DNA of 64,000 bases from Cyanophora paradoxa CCMP329. Its lineage: Eukaryota > Plantae > Glaucophyta. The position numbers and the translations under genes were made by a program. The stretch is from contig QPMI01000224.1 in NCBI GenBank assembly GCA_004431415.1, positions 1-64,000 of the forward strand, written 5' to 3'. Every line of letters begins with the position of its first letter. Position 1 is the first letter of the stretch. Shown here piece after piece: positions 61,901 to 64,000 of the stretch. Below the pieces are notes generated by a model. It had not been told where the DNA came from. It did not search any database and saw nothing but the letters and a program-made list of their open reading frames with translations.

Positions 61901-64000
61901 TCCTCTAGCTGGCATTGGCCTGTTGGAAGACAATTTAGTGTGCAGCGTTGGTGGGACGCACGGTCCAGTGACGTCTCTTTCAGCTTCGGCTGTCGGCTGC
62001 CACACTCCGAACCTTCCGCCTGCTTTTTATTCCATTTCACTTTCCGTGCCTGGTGCTACCTGGCCGTCTTTCGGTGTTGTTCTCGAGCTGGCAGGTACGT
62101 GAGCGCGCACCCAACATCCGGGCATCCGTGAGTCCAATAACCGCATCGCCCAGAACCATCGACTATCGTCGGCGCAGTTCCCTTGATTGCAGTGGAGTCC
62201 GACTTGATTCTGATCCGCACTGAAGGTCCATTGTTTCCCAAGGAAGGTCATACCCATCGCTCTTGGTCATCGGGCGTCGCTGTGGCCGCAGCTCCAGTTC
62301 TGACACTGGAACGCTTGGCGAGAATGACGTTCAGCATCAACGACATTTACGGCGATATGCAGGTCATCCCTCAAGCGCGCGTGTTCGGCGTCCAACCTCG
62401 AGTGGGATCTGGGAGTGGTGGAACGGTCGTCACCGTGTTTGGCGAGAATATTTCTCGTCTTCCTTCGCCTCGTTGCCGTTTCCATGCTAGGTTCTGGGTA
62501 GCTGCGGTCTGGCACACGGCTGGGAACATCTCGTGCTCATCTCCTGCACTCGGGGTTTCGTCCACAACAAGCTATGTGGATGTCACCAATGGTGGGGACT
62601 TCGCACCATCTTCGGCCAGCTTTAACGTTCCTTCCCCTATTACGATCGTTTCGGTGTCCACTTTAGAGGGCCTCCCTTCACGATCCTCGGCAGTGTTCAC
62701 TGCCCGCGGAGTCTCCTTGCCCGCGTCGATTGCCTGTGTCATCGCGGGCATACCGTTCCCAGCCGGCCATGTTGCCCCCAACTCGTTCGCTTGTCTGCTT
62801 CATAACCAGTTAATGGGCTTCGCGCCATTGGGGATTTCCAGTGAAAAAGCTATCTTCAGCTACGACGAAGGCTTGCAAGTGTCCATTACCAGTGCGCTTA
62901 TGCGGCAGCCTTTCTAAATGCGGTGTTTGTGTCCTTGACGCTTGCCGCAGAGGATCCAACTCCATCAAAGGCTCTGATCCCTCCGTTCATTGACCAAACA
63001 GATGGCGGGATCTTCAGCATTTCTGGAGGTGACCTGTTGAGTCTGGGCGAGAAAAGCCGATGCGCACTGTCGGATGGAAGAATGCTTGATGGGCGCGTAT
63101 TGTCGTCTGGGTATCTTCTATGCGATGCTGCCGGTCCGTCAACTGAGGTAACTTCCGTGGTTCTGAAGTCGAACACCTGGTTTTCAACCAACCTTCCTTT
63201 GTCTGGCAAAGGTTGGTCGATTCAGGTTTCCACTTTTCCTTGCTTGCGCTCACCGTCGCTCAGTGCGGCCCGGGCTTGGCGCTGTGGAGCCCTCAGTATC
63301 CAGTGAAGAAGGCGGTGTGGCCATCTTCGTCCAGCTTTCGACACCGATGTTGGAATCGGACGGAAGCCGTTGCTTCTTTGGCCTTAAAATCTGGGTGCTG
63401 GCTACTGTGTCAGCATCGGGATTGTCGTGCATTTTCCCTGCGATGCGCCCTGGCTCTGTGCTCCTGACTTTGTCCGTCGACGGCACCTGGCATGTTGACG
63501 CTTATCAAGTAATACATGCACTTGGTGCACAGTTTTCCTTATTGCAGCTCTATGCTGTCTGTGCGCTGACCTTTTGTTTAGCGCCCATTACTCGCACGTG
63601 GGCAAGTATGCTAACCGGATCTACTGCTGGCGGGAGCCTCGTCATTTTCCCCGTCGTTCAGACATCACCTCAAACTTTACTGGGTGTTCAATGTGAAATC
63701 GATGTGACCCCCGTGCCGCATGTTTACATGTCTGCGGACCTTGTCGGTTGTGTCATCCCGCCTCGTAGGCAGGCTGTGTACTCACTGGCACTCTCCCACG
63801 GCTCAAAAGCATCGCCATCCACCTCGTTTACTTTCTCAGGTATTCAATATTCTTCGCAGCTGTAAGCTGACACAGCAACCTTCAGTGACATTCCGTGCAG
63901 TGCCCCCATCTCCGGAAGGCCTTGCACTTCCGCAATTGAACCCTCTCGTCGTTTCGGCGCTGGCCATTTTGACTGGCAAACACATCCCATCTGATGTCTC
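37940..64000 (+). CDS. Giant secreted/cell-surface protein: signal peptide, two cadherin/Ig-like repeats, about 85 IPT/TIG-like domains; 3' end lies beyond the window
   Basis: MRLPAHAVLLAVVVVAAAA. Canonical IPT units such as PSVTSVFPPSG|PSSGGTVVTVRGGGF...CRFD...CETP...VEVSND, and VFGVQPRVGSGSGGTVVTVFGEN...CRF. Frame changes coincide with short GT-AG introns (38829-38881, 39104-39164, 39749-39814). I did not verify every junction. Confidence 0.85.

Noticed and set aside
38800-64000. Fragmented ORFs read as a pseudogene or as many small genes
   Set aside because: The breaks I checked match short GT-AG introns at domain boundaries, and the A-B-C domain order continues across them.

Overview
Eukaryotic nuclear DNA from a compact, very GC-rich, intron-dense genome, probably a unicellular eukaryote. 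The style recalls the glaucophyte Cyanophora, but that is an unverified guess. Most long ORFs in the supplied track are GC shadows, so I rebuilt genes by joining exons by hand; internal boundaries are approximate. Bases 1-37.5 kb hold ten tightly packed genes: a transportin-3/importin-13-type karyopherin, an ACT-ACT-SerB protein with substituted catalytic Asp residues, ataxin-2/Pbp1, a DxD glycosyltransferase-like protein with no upstream in-frame ATG, histone H3, a multi-TM PAS plus class III cyclase, a WH2/verprolin-like B-box protein, EMC1, an ACE-like M2 peptidase and a Cache-like pseudo-cyclase. Bases 37.9-64 kb are one lower-GC giant gene that runs off the window. It encodes a signal peptide, two bacterial-adhesin-like Ig/cadherin repeats and roughly 85 IPT/TIG-like domains arranged as about 28 three-domain super-repeats. 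The splicing is unusual: ataxin-2 carries a textbook U12-type AT-AC intron, and about half the introns in the two genes I counted fully are GC-AG, often built from (CCCCG)n/(GGGGC)n tracts. I saw no rRNA, tRNA, CRISPR or transposase.
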